Source: Mytilus edulis
Taxonomy: Eukaryota
Assembly (NCBI RefSeq): GCF_963676685.1
Contig: NC_092345.1
Coordinates: 105,214,001 to 105,278,000, forward strand
Direction of reading: 5' to 3'
Length of the DNA: 64,000 bases
The notes under the pieces were generated by a model, which worked only from the letters and a program-made list of their open reading frames with translations, was not told where the DNA came from and searched no databases. Positions 1-11,953 of this stretch are shown here, one piece after another (position 1 is the first letter of the stretch; the number at the start of each line of letters is the position of its first letter). Position numbers and translations under genes: made by a program.

Positions 1-36
1 TCTCTGGCATGAAATTCTACATCTTCATCTGAATAT
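1..36 (-). CDS. Start of a further exon of the same gene (runs off the window)
   Basis: tttttgacag|A TAT TCA GAT GAA GAT GTA GAA TTT CAT GCC AGA; in phase with the previous exon. Confidence 0.6.
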
Positions 37-1009
37 CTGTCAAAAATATCAATAGATTTTCAATATTTTTAAATATAAGTACCGTACGGAAAATATGTAA
101 ACCAATATATATAAATAATATTATTTAAGCATTTGTTTCGACTTGACGGAAAACAATACAAAATAGGGATTTATCTTGATATAAATGTTAATAATAACTT
201 TACCTAACCAGTCATATTTTTTCTCAAATAATTACAGTAAATGTTGGTAGCGATTCTTGAACTCATAAGTCAAAGAGAGAAAAGCTACGAGATATGAAAA
301 AAATAGAATATGATTTTGTTATTGATCATTAATAAAAGTGAGATAATGAAATAATGAATCAGTTATGTCAATTTTGTACAAAAAAGTAAGTAAAGAAACA
401 CGCTGATGAATTATTCTCTTCTCTGTGAATTTTCGACCTCATTGAACCCATATTAGTGTGATCTTCAACTCAACCCTTTACATAGAGATTGGTTTTGTGT
501 CTTTTAATTCTTGTTCTGCCATTAAAAGGGAAAACAAATGTCAACATTGAAAGAAAAACGAAGGTGAACCATTTTGATGACTGATTCGACCCACACAAAA
601 AAATAAATTCTAAACAGGTTAAAACGATGTTTAACTTATTTTGTTCAGCTATAACATGAAATCAAACAGACCTAGAAAAGTCCAATTGCACCAGGTTTTT
701 ATCTATTTATATCTATGGTTTTGTTTATATCGGGTTATGTGACTGTTGGCAGTCTTCAGAGGTCATCTCGATGGTAGACTAAAAATACACACGAAGTGAT
801 GATACATATTATAGAGTACATGCATTGCTAACTGTTTATTTTAAATTTATTACAATTTGGATATACGTTTTAGTATGATATAAATCAAATATGAGAATTT
901 AAGTCAAATCGGAGAACACGAATTTTACAGCATATGCCCCTCTAACATAGATTCATTCATGTAGGCTACAGTCACAAAAACAATAAACAAAAAAGCAGTT
1001 TGAACATAC

Positions 1010-1105
1010 ATTTCCTTTTCTCTGACGTTGACACGGACTCGCCCCAGTAGTTCAACTGTGTCTGTTATAAGAGACTTCAGCTTCAAAATGCTTTCTCTTC
1101 CATGA
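1010..1105 (-). CDS. Internal exon of the unidentified minus-strand gene
   Basis: tttaacag|T CAT GGA; HGRESILKLKSLITDTVELLGRVRVNVREKE; donor AT|GTATGT; 96 nt, phase 2-2. Confidence 0.7.
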
Positions 1106-1577
1106 CTGTTAAATAAATGAAATAATTTTTACAAAACGTAATTATGGATTCATATGGATTTAGCATAACCCTTTTTTTTATTATGTTTCCCATTTTATTG
1201 AGGTAGATACAATCTAATTAAAATGTAGATCTCTGATATCGTTATCCTCGTGTGTATTCATATGTTAATATAGGTCTGAATTTTAATCAGATTGAGGTTG
1301 ATAGCAAATACCAAAATATCTGTAAGATAATTACTGTACATGTTATTTAAATGCATCTGATCTTAAATCTCTATTTGTCTGTATGTATATTAAAGTAAGT
1401 AGCATATTTATTTGTGAATTCAAACTTAGACAATTCAGTTAAAAATGAAAATTGACACAAAAACCTTTAACTATTTTTTTATATAACTAGATTACATTTT
1501 TTTTAGACATCTTTGCTTTTGCAACAGATACATATTTAACACGAAATATAATTTTAATTCCTAATATAAACAATTAC

Positions 1578-1729
1578 CATTCTTTTCTTATCAGATTTGT
1601 TCTTATCTTCCATAATCTATCTACTTCTAACTTGACTTTATTGTCGTCAACTTCCGGTTTCCTTAGACCAATTCCATGTATTACACTACAAGATACACCA
1701 ACAGTCAATTTGTCTTTCCCTTGTTCTTC
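1578..1729 (-). CDS. Internal exon of the unidentified minus-strand gene
   Basis: aatag|GAA GAA..; open frame EEQGKDKLTVGVSCSVIHGIGLRKPEVDDNKVKLEVDRLWKIRTNLIRKE; donor TG|GTAATT. Phase continues into 1010..1105, but the acceptor is weak and its phase does not match the 4948 donor. Confidence 0.65.
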
Positions 1730-1784
1730 CTATTTTATTTATTCTCATTAGAAAGAAGAAAATGTTACATCATATCAAGCTTAG

Positions 1785-2078
1785 TATCACCAGCCCAGTA
1801 GTTAGCACATCAGTGTTGACATGAATATCAATTATATGGTCATTTCTATAAATTTCCTGTTTACAAAACTTTATTTTTTTCGAAAAACTAAGGATTTTCT
1901 TATCCTAGGCATAGATTACCTTAGCCGTATTTGGCACAACTTTTTGGAATGTTGGATCCTCAATGCTCTGCAACTTTTACTTGTTTGGCTATTTTGATCT
2001 GAGCGTCACTGATGAGTCTTATGTAGACGAAACGCGCGTCTGGCGTATTAAATTATAATCCTGGTACCTTTGACAAAT
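1785..2078 (+). mobile_element. Retrozyme/Penelope-associated repeat (partial monomer) carrying the hammerhead
   Basis: Related copies occur at ~24245..24595 (minus, degenerate) and 63060..63150 (minus). A minimal type I hammerhead in a short interspersed repeat is the hallmark of metazoan non-LTR retrozymes. Confidence 0.65.
2003..2046 (+). ncRNA. Minimal type I hammerhead ribozyme (intact core)
   Basis: Stem I gcgtca / CTGATGA / stem II GTCT-tatgt-AGAC / GAAA / C-gcgc-G / TC (GUC cleavage after 2040) / tggcgt pairing back with stem I. Confidence 0.85.
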
Positions 2079-2299
2079 AATTAGACAACATAACTGACAA
2101 TGTACAGTCATAAAAGAGGGGCTAAAAATACCAGAGGGACAGACAAACTCATAAATCGAAAATAAACTGACAACACCATGGCTAAAAATGAAAAAGACAA
2201 ACAGCCAAATAAGTACACAAGACACAACCCTATCATGATCACACTTATCTGACTAAATGACTACCGACTATATTAGATGACGTGAACGCAAAGCATCCA

Positions 2300-4053
2300 T
2301 ATTGACAGAAAAAATATGAACACAAAGTATCCCTATTAACAGAAAATATGTGAACACAAAGTATCCCTATTAACAGAAAAACACAAAGTATCCCTATTAA
2401 CAGAAAAAATATGAACACAAAGTATCCCTATTAACAAAAAAACACAAAGTATCCCTATTAACAGAAAAAATATGAACACAAAGTATCCCTATTAACAGAA
2501 AAACACAAAGTATCCCTATTAACAGAAAAAATATGAACACAAAGTATCCCTATTAACAGAAAAACACAAAGTATCCCTATCAACAGAAAAAATATGAACA
2601 CAAAGTATCCCTATTAACAGAAAAACACAAAGTATCCCTATTAACAGAAAATATGAACACAAAGTATCCCTATTAACAGAAAAACACAAAGTATCCCTAT
2701 TAACAGAAAAAATATGAACACAAAGTATCCCTATTAACAGAAAAACACAAAGTATCCCTATTAACAGAAAATATGAACACAAAGTATCCCTATTAACAGA
2801 AAAACACAAAGTATCCCTATTAACAGAAAAAATATGAACACAAAGTATCCCTATTAACAGAAAAACACAAAGTATCCCTATTAACAGAAAATATGAACAC
2901 AAAGTATCCCTATTAACAGAAAAACACAAAGTATCCCTATTAACAGAAAAAATATGAACACAAAGTATCCCTATTAACAGAAAAACACAAAGTATCCCTA
3001 TTAACAGAAAAAATATGAACACAAAGTATCCCTATTAACAGAAAAACACAAAGTATCCCTATTAACAGAAAATATGAACACAAAGTATCCCTATTAACAG
3101 AAAAACACAAAGTATCCCTATTAACAGAAAAAATATGAACACAAAGTATCCCTATTAACAGAAAAACACAAAGTATCCCTATTAACAGAAAAAATATGAA
3201 CACAGAGTATCCCTATTAACAGAAAAACACAAAGTATCCCTATTAACAGAAAAACACAAAGTATCCCTATTAACAGAAAAAATATGAACACAAAGTATCC
3301 CTATTAACAGAAAAACACAAAGTATCCCTATTAACAGAAAAACACAAAGTATCCCTATTAACAGAAAAAATGTGAACACAAAGTATTCCTATTAACAGAA
3401 AAACACAAAGTATCCCTATTAACAGAAAAAATATGAACACAAAGTATCCCTATTAACAGAAAAACACAAAGTATCCCTATTAACAGAAAAAATATGAACA
3501 CAAAGTATCCCTATTAACAGAAAAACACAAAATATCCCTATTAACAGAAAAACACAAAATATCCCTATTAACAGAAAATATGTGAACACAAAATATCCCT
3601 ATTAACAGAAAATATGTGAACACAAAATATCCCTATTAACAGAAAAACACAAAGTATCCCTATTAACAGAAAATATATGAACACAAAGTATCCCTATTAA
3701 CAGAAAAAATATGAACCCAAAGTATCCCTATTAACAGAAAAACACAAAGTATCCCTATTAACAGAAAAACACAAAGTATCCCTATTAACAGAAAAACACA
3801 AAGTATCCCTATTAACAGAAAAAATGTGAACACAAAATATCCCTAATAACAGAAAAAATGTGAACACAAAGTATCCCTATTAACAGAAAATATGTGAACA
3901 CAAAATATTCCTAATAACAGAAAAAATGTGAACACAAAGTATCCCTAATAACAGAAAAAATGTGAACACAAAGTATCCCTATTAACAGAAAATATGTGAA
4001 CACAAAGTATTCCTATTAACAGAAAAAATATTAACACAAAGTATCCCTAATAA
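2300..4053. repeat. Minisatellite, ~55-60 units of 27 bp and 32-34 bp (ACACAAAGTATCCCTATTAACAGAAAA +/- ATATGA), with 120-bp higher-order period
   Basis: Read directly; lines 2641, 2761 and 2881 are identical. Confidence 0.97.
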
Positions 4054-4139
4054 CTATTTCATCATTGCATCACCTTTTATACGTCATGAGTTAGATATCT
4101 TGTCTGTCTACTGACTAAAATAAGACGTGTATACCTCGC

Positions 4140-4330
4140 GAAACTTCCCTTATCTGTTTACTGAGTGCAGCAGCAATACCTGTGCTTTATGCCAAGAGAT
4201 GTTTCCTTATCTGTTAGCTGACCGCTTGAATACGTGTCTATTATGCAATGTTAAAGTTCCCCACCTATCTGGTGAGAGCTTGAATACCTCTCTATTATGC
4301 TATGTTTAAGATCCATACCTATCTGGTGTT
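4140..4330. repeat. Degenerate ~56-bp tandem repeat (3-4 units)
   Basis: Recurring cct(t)atctg..ttgaatac..ctattatgc. Confidence 0.5.
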
Positions 4331-4873
4331 AGTGTTATACCAAATTCCTCCTCCATTAATTAGCCTTGTGCATATATAAACAATTGTCTTATATTTTATT
4401 CCAAATGATTCATCATTTTCTTGGTTTTCACTTTTATTTCATATAAAATTGATCTAGGTTTTTAAAATGCAACTGCAATTTGGCTGCCAAAAAGGCCAAA
4501 GATTTCATAATACTTGCAGCAAAATATCTTTATTTCTTTTGTTAATTGTTTAATCCGATTTTAAAAATCACTCCTGTTTATTTTGTGAAAAGAACAAGTT
4601 ATAATGTGTGTGTATATATTAATCCCATGTGTCATTTGCAGGTTAAATATATTGTTATTTGTGCCCTTGATGCGCGACCTATCAGAACGGGGGCAATGCA
4701 TGGATTTAATTTTAATTGAAATGGTTTTAAATAAAAATGTTCATGACAAAATATATAGGGACTTTTTTTTATCTACATGACGGTGCTATAATTTTTTGCG
4801 TCCATTTATCCACAAAGCACTTCAGCTGTTTCGGTACTTATACAACATTGGCTTTAAAATATTTGGTTTTGAT

Positions 4874-4913
4874 CGTTCCTGATCAAAATAAATCCAGAAA
4901 AGCGCGTTGAACG
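4874..4913 (+). ncRNA. Degenerate hammerhead remnant of a second repeat family
   Basis: cgttc-CTGATCA-..-GAAA-agcgcgtt-gaacg. Stem I (cgttc/gaacg) and the gcgc loop are retained; the core G is mutated and stem II is broken. Confidence 0.45.
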
Positions 4914-4947
4914 CACAAAATTCCTTAAAGTGTTGTTGTTTACTTAC

Positions 4948-5723
4948 CTTTGTCGAGCTGACCTCAGAAGATTAGCAATGTTTGAACCCATACTTTGAAG
5001 TGATGGAAGTCTCGACTGACGACGGTTGTCTTCTTGTTTGTCTTTGAAACTTGTTATGTCGAGAGACTGTCGCTTTAATTCCAGTGGTTGTCGTCGGATT
5101 TCTTCTTTTTTGTGTTTTTCTCTCTGAAGGGCAATAGTTTGTCGCCTAGGACTAAACCCGACCTTCTGAACCCTTCTATTACTTGGGTGTCGTTTAATGG
5201 TATCCTTTCGAAGACTTCCATCTTTATTGTTATCTTTATTATTGCGTTTTCCACTCAAGTCTATAGGCGGTATTTGGTCGTTAGAACCTAAATCTTTTGA
5301 TTCTGTTGTTTCCTCTGAAATTTCGGATTGTGTAAAATTAATTATCGAGACGTCATCAGTTATATTACTTTGCGCTACTTTTTCAATAATTTCCATATTA
5401 TCATCATGCTTGTCTACATTCTCTGCATTACTTTCCATACCTGACGCTATTGTTTTAGCTACTGCTATTTGTTGATTTTCCTTGGAATTATTTGTTGTTA
5501 CATTTTGGTCTTTCTTTGTAATGTTGTCACTTAATAACTGCAGACCTGTTGTTTTGATTAATGGAATGTTTTCCGATTTTGTATGGTTAGTTTGTTGTTC
5601 TGTGATCTGAGTGTCTTCGCCTTCCTCATTGTTGTCCCAGGTTCGTTCTGTGGGTAATGTCAAAGATATAGTACTCCTTCCTGTTTCACTCAACGATATA
5701 GTACTTCTTCCTGTCTCACTCAT
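4948..5723 (-). CDS. First coding exon of an unidentified multi-exon gene (hydrophilic, low-complexity N-terminus)
   Basis: 259-aa ORF with coding-like composition, ending at a strong donor CAA AG|GTAAGT; acceptor upstream at ~5822; probable non-coding first-exon donor at ~8570 (AG|GTAAGT on minus). Confidence 0.75.
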
Positions 5724-7442
5724 TTTTATGTTTTATAAGAGCGGTTATCAAAATGTCATTATGCTTGTGAGATTATAAACTATGAGTAAGTTATAGGAAT
5801 CTAATGAGTTGGATTTCTGTTTCTGAAAGAAAATTAAAAAAAAATGTAACTTTTGTATTTACTTTTTACATTATAGAAATATACACGTTCTTGATTTTTA
5901 TTTTGTAGTTCAACAAAGGGAAAATTTGTACTAAAATTCAGACAAAAACGAAGGTTTTTGTTCTCCTGTTGTAAATTGTTGTTTCTTTGCAACTGTTTTC
6001 AGTTGAACCATGTTACGGAGTGTTTTATTCCTTTCTTGTACACTCAAGCTGTGTTTGAAGTGATGTTTTAGATCATTTGAAAGTCAGGGATTTCGTAGCC
6101 ACACTCGCTTTCGAAACAAAGATGAAAAGAAAAATCACAACAATACCGAACTCCGAGGAAACGGAAATTGGCAAAATTAAAAGCTCAAGCTCATCAAATC
6201 CCTTTCACTTGCATTACAGTCGCATAAGTATGTAGTTATAGCTGTGACTGAGACATCATTTTACCAATGGAATTTTTATGTTAATATAGTTTACCGAGCT
6301 CGTAAAATCAGATACGTTACATGTAAACTTGCTTTTCTGTAGTTACTGGTGTTAATATTGACTTTATTATTTTTTTTATTTTTTTTTCATTCATCATGGA
6401 TTGACAGGCATTTGATAAATGTTTCAATCCCGGATTCTTTTATATCTTATTATAAGTAATGTATGTGGATTTTATTCATTGTTATGGGGAAATTCAAAAG
6501 TAAAATAACAAAAATACCGGACTCGAGGAAAATTCAATACAGTAAGGCATAATTTTGTCGTATAAAGTGAAAAAAGATGATCCTACGTTTAAACTTAGCG
6601 TCAACATTCGCGACTGTCATTTGAAAAAGTGAAACAAGGGGATCAAATAGGAAGAACGATTACGAGCAGAGGTTCGAACCGTCAATAAATCTGTCATATG
6701 CAGGTTACAAGTAAAGCGGTGATGTATAATAAGGTATGTAGGAGAAGAATTGTTGTCGTCTGTAATTCTCATATCGTAGTTATACGTTGTTTATCTGAAA
6801 TGTTTATAGTTTTTAGTATATGTTCGTTGTTCTTCACTTATCCCACAGATTAACATGGGATGTTTGGGTTCATAAGTTAACTAGTTTAATTAGGCCTATA
6901 TAACACATAATTGTGCTGGTATCAATTAAGGAGTTTATTCTATCGTAGTTTTTTCGTTTTCGTTTATTCTGTCGTTTATAAAATGGCCGATAATTATAAT
7001 TCATCGATTTGAAATGACGAAGGTTGATCTTGAATGCTATATTCTATAACATTGCTTGATTTGATGAAGACTAGTTGGTTGCTTAAATCCACGCCATGAT
7101 ACCCGAATATGCACTATCCTGTATTCTGTTGAAACAATTTTGCAAAACATATTTTATCACTTAATTTTATAAATTTCGTTTCTAGACAAGCAAATGTATA
7201 TAATTATAATGACAATAAGGCTCGTTTTTGAAAAGAAAAAGAAAAATTCTAGTACTTTTTTTTTTGGAAAAGAGAATTTAAGAATTAAAAAGCAAACAGT
7301 TAGAGAAAAAAAAATACTGAGAAAAACATCTAAATATTTTAATAGTTATATGTATCTGTAAATGGTCAATAACATGTGGAGTTTTAAAATATTCTCATTC
7401 AGAAACGTTTTTTGCGCCTATATATCAAATATAGTCTATTTT

Positions 7443-8489
7443 AAAAAACTTGAAAATATTCAGCTTGACGCAGCGCGAATCGTCACGGGGGGTACTAAAC
7501 TTACCAGTATAAACAATTTATATGTTGAAACTCGATGAGAAAAATTATCTGAAAGACGACGCAATCATAGACTAATTCATTATCACAAAATTTTGAATAA
7601 TAAAACTCCAGAATACTTAAGAGACTTATTGCCTGATTCAGTAGGAAGTAGGCATGATCATAATACAAGACAAAGAAATAATATTACCCAAGTCAACACA
7701 CGGACCCGTTTATATTCTGAATATTTCATCCCTGCAACAACAAAACTATGGAACACTCTTAACTTAAACATAAGAAAATGTGAATCTCTATCATTATTCA
7801 AAAAACAAATTAGTACCCAAAATAGTAAGGTCCCAACGTATTATTATATAGGACATCGTTTCGGTCAAATTCTTCATGCTCGCTTAAGAATGGATTCAAG
7901 TTCTTTGAATTCTCACCTTTTCGTTCGTAATTTAGTAGACTCTCCAAATTGTCGTTGTGGTGATGTAGAAACAAATACTCACTTTCTGTTATCTTGTCCT
8001 ATATACATTAATTTAAGACATGAACTATTAGATTCTATTTCAGTTCTTCTTGTCCAAGTAAACACAAAAACTTTGCTTTTTGGATCAACGGTACTCTCAG
8101 ATGAGCAAAATAGTATTTTATTCAGTTTGGTGCAAAAATATATTATTAAAAGTAAACGTTTTAACCCTTGATGTTAATGCCTCATCACTCAATAGGAACC
8201 CAAGCATTTCACACTGTATAAATTACAATTATTCACGTTTATTTATTATTATTTTTATTTTATTTTTCTCATGAATTTTTTTTTTCTTCTTCCTTTTTCA
8301 CCTTTTTCATATTCATATATTTATTACAGAGCATGCCAGTATTTATATTTATGTATTGTTCAATAAGTGTATTATGTCTGTAAAGGGAGACAGATTTGTA
8401 AAAGCAAATTGCTTGTTTCTGAATCCTTAATATTATTTCATTGTATAATATGTTTAATGTTGATTTATCTGAATAAATATTGTTTAAAC
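7443..8489 (+). mobile_element. 5'-truncated CR1/L2-clade LINE (3' end of ORF2 + 3' UTR)
   Basis: LENIQLDAARIVTGG, YFIPATTKLWN, HARLRM..LNSHLF..SPNCRCG..HFLLSCP; in-frame stop near 7537; ends AATAAATATTGTTTAAAC; 13-bp flanking direct repeat TATAGTCTATTTT at 7430..7442 and 8490..8502. Confidence 0.9.
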
Positions 8490-11400
8490 TATAGTCTATT
8501 TTGTTAACATAACAATCTAGTTTTATGCTTTTGTTTTTAACATAATCAATGTAAAAAAAGGTTCACTTACCTTTCCTCATCTGTGCACTCCAATTTAAAT
8601 TCATTGTCTTATTCCAATACACATTACTTTGTGAAATATACAAGTGTATTAAAGTTAATCTTAAGATTAAATAGTTTTTTGTATAATTTTAAACAATCAG
8701 ATTAGAATTATTTTTCATTGTGACATATATAATATAGCAACTGCTTTAATCTTGTTTGTTTGAAAATTGATTTTTTGAAGCAATGAGTAAACATTAATCT
8801 TTGTTCTAAATATTACAACATTTAACTTGTTCAGCAAAAACTGTGACAAACTTACTTCACATATCTGGCGAACAACTGGTCAATATAAACATACCTAGCG
8901 AACAACTGGTCAATATATACATAAATAGTTTGGGTTCATGAAAGTGTTAATAGATTGACAGAAAAAAATGTATGTGTCCTTGTTTATGACTATGGGAGGA
9001 AAACCTAATTAGTTTGCTAACAAAATAAATGCATAAAATCAGCAACACTCTCCCGTATATGAACCGCATGGGTACGTAACATAATCCCATGGCCTTTGAT
9101 GCAATGAGCAGGGGGGTGCTATATAAATCAGATAGGGACTGATAAATGCCGACCGTGCAAGGGCTGTAAAACCAGTCAAGGTCGTTAAAAGTTTCCATCG
9201 TCATAATTGCCGCTTTGAGTCCTTCAGATGTGTGCTTTGACAATGTTGTCTTCTATATTGCTCAAGTGTAAAGTTGTTGCATGTCAATCACACATAGGGA
9301 TGATAGATCCAGATATTGCATCGCCTTTGTGATATAACCTTGTTGTCCTTCAAAATGTTTTTTTTTTTTTGTGGTCCGGTAATTTTGTGTATGGTTCCGT
9401 ATATATCATGGCTAGTATGTCATTATAAATTTTACCAGTAAGATATATTGATTTTGATTTTTTATTCATTATTTTAGCAGTGTTGTAGTTTATATCTGAT
9501 ATCATTAATGGTTGACATGGCGCTTTACTGAGTTTGCCATGTTTGTGTGCATGTCATTAATTTCAAGTAATTATATATTTTATATCAAAAACATCAAACG
9601 ATTGTATAACAATTGTCATATTCTTGACTTAGTACATGCATTTTCTTATGTAGAAAATGGTGGCTTAAACCTGGCATTATAACTAGCTAAACCTCTCACT
9701 TGTAGGACAGTAGCACAAAATTCCATTATTCTGACATCGATGTGTGAACAAAACATACAGATATAATGGATAAAAATTAAATAGCCCGATAGATGTAATT
9801 ATAATACATTGAAATACGTCACATCATCTATTTTCATACCTTGAACAGGTATTCCTACAAAAAAACCAAGACCAAGACTATTGATTTTATCTTACTGTAA
9901 TATAACACCCTTTATGCGCATACGGTACTATACCATGTAACTTGTTAAGAAGCCAAAACATATCGAACTTATTCAAATGGGATGCTGTTTTTCTCCTTCT
10001 GAATATATGTATATCTGTATTTGTCCTGGTCTTTAAGATTTTATCGTTTATGAGATGAGATTAGATAAGATCATGTATATTTTTAACCGGACGACAACAT
10101 CTGACATCAGTTGGTCATAGAACACCTTGTGTTTCAACCACACAACACATGTAACATGGCCTTTTCTGGCATTTTAACAAATACAACAGCTTCTTCATGT
10201 TTTACATACAATCACGATTTGTAGTGTAATTGATTTGTTCTGTGGTGTTGTTTTATTTTCTGATGAGGTACAGGTGAAGGGACAGTGGTAAAAATTTCAG
10301 TACTAGTATCAACACATTTGGCGAATTGGCAACAGAATTGCTGTTGACTGCATTTGTTACATATAATACCATGTTAAAAAAAAGGTTTCCAAAAATTGTT
10401 TGTGTTGTTTTGAAACTTGTATAAAATGGCCTTATTTTATGTTATGTGTATATTACACACGCAACATTTGAGCTTCATTGCTATATAATCAATTCTCGTG
10501 TTATTGGTTATGTACCGGCACCTACATCAGTTTGACGGCAGTTGTTCCTTGCAAATATCATAATAAATGTAAACACATGAATAGAAAGTAAGTCAAGAGT
10601 ATGTAAAGTCATAGGAATGCACACAATAAGCGATACATTTTTATTTTTCTTTAATAAATAATAAATAGTCAAAATGATCCAGAATGACTCTATGAATTAA
10701 GCAAACATCCGAAAAAATATGATAAAACATTAATATCTCATAAAAAATCTATGTGAGATTCGAACTTTGACTTTATTGTTAATGATCTATCCTCTCAAGT
10801 TCCACGGCGGTGCATATACATATTACGTTTCTTTATCAACTATATAGGTTCAATTTAGAGATGTTCCACTTTTTCATTAAAAAGTTGTTTTTTAGGTATT
10901 AAGGACACATTACACATATTTCATTTTTGAGGGGAAAAGTGGTATAGATTACAACAATAACAAAAAATATAACTTGTTTTTGGTTTGAAATGTCCTTCTT
11001 GGGGGATTCCCTTTTTTTCCAATCTGAAAACACCCTAAATTGTGCATATTTGACTTTCATCCTTTTCGAGGGTTGAATTAACTATTTCACACATATCATG
11101 ATATATAAAAATCGAGATATTCATCAAAAAGCATTTTCATTTTTAGTTTTCAAAGTAAATTGTATTCTTTCAGCACTTTTTGAAATTGGCCCTTCTGTGA
11201 AAAAAATTATGGGGAAATTGGTCCTACCTCTTTCAAGTCTGGTGACATTTTCCTTTGTCATACATTATTTGATTATTGTCTCTGTTCTCATATTGTTGTA
11301 TATGTGGAAAAGTGTTTGTGTGATTCTGTTTCAAAAGCTTTTAACAATTCCAGTATAGTCATATCTTTTTTATTTCCTTTTGTTGAATGCCAGTGGTTGG

Positions 11401-11953
11401 AGCATATCGTCGATCGTTTATTTCTAGAAGATACAAGTGAGCATGCTTAGGAATTTAACGGAATAGACAAAGTCAGGTTCGAGAATAAGTATTTCACCAC
11501 CGAACACCACATGACACCCCTGAACTTAACCAAAAAGACAATTTAACTCTATTGTAAACTGTAATGCTGCTCACTTTAATATTTAAACATCAATGATTTT
11601 GTCAAACTTTCACGGAAGGTTAGGAAAACTGGACAGATATGTTATCAAGTTTAAAATATAGCTTCTGATAATAAAAAAAAACCGGCTTTGTAAAAAAATG
11701 TGTATTTTACTGATAAATGATTTTTTTTTGGCAGTCAACATTGTACATTTCCACCGACAGCTGCAATCACAGTCGAGATACAGAGTTCAACCAGACGCGG
11801 GACCCTTTACGAATATTTTTATTGAATATATTTTCTGACCATGAATATACTAAACCGGAAATCTTTAATGTCTATGGTGATGTTAATTAATCAGTTGTTA
11901 AATTAATCAATCAATAAATCTAGTGGTCTAATGGGTGATTATCATAGAAAGTA

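Noticed and set aside
2519-3379. Hydrophobic repetitive ORFs on the minus strand
   Set aside because: Translations of the minisatellite with constant frame switching; no evidence of coding.
2300-4053. CRISPR-like appearance of this array and of the 41.4-44.6 kb array
   Set aside because: No unique spacers, no cas genes, eukaryotic intron context.
5088-5475. Plus-strand ORFs overlapping the 259-aa ORF, and similar antisense ORFs over other exons
   Set aside because: Antisense shadows of real coding sequence.
8990-9260. GC-richer block with TATATAAA, possible ncRNA or promoter
   Set aside because: No recognisable RNA fold or family motif; the 98-aa ORF has a non-ATG start.
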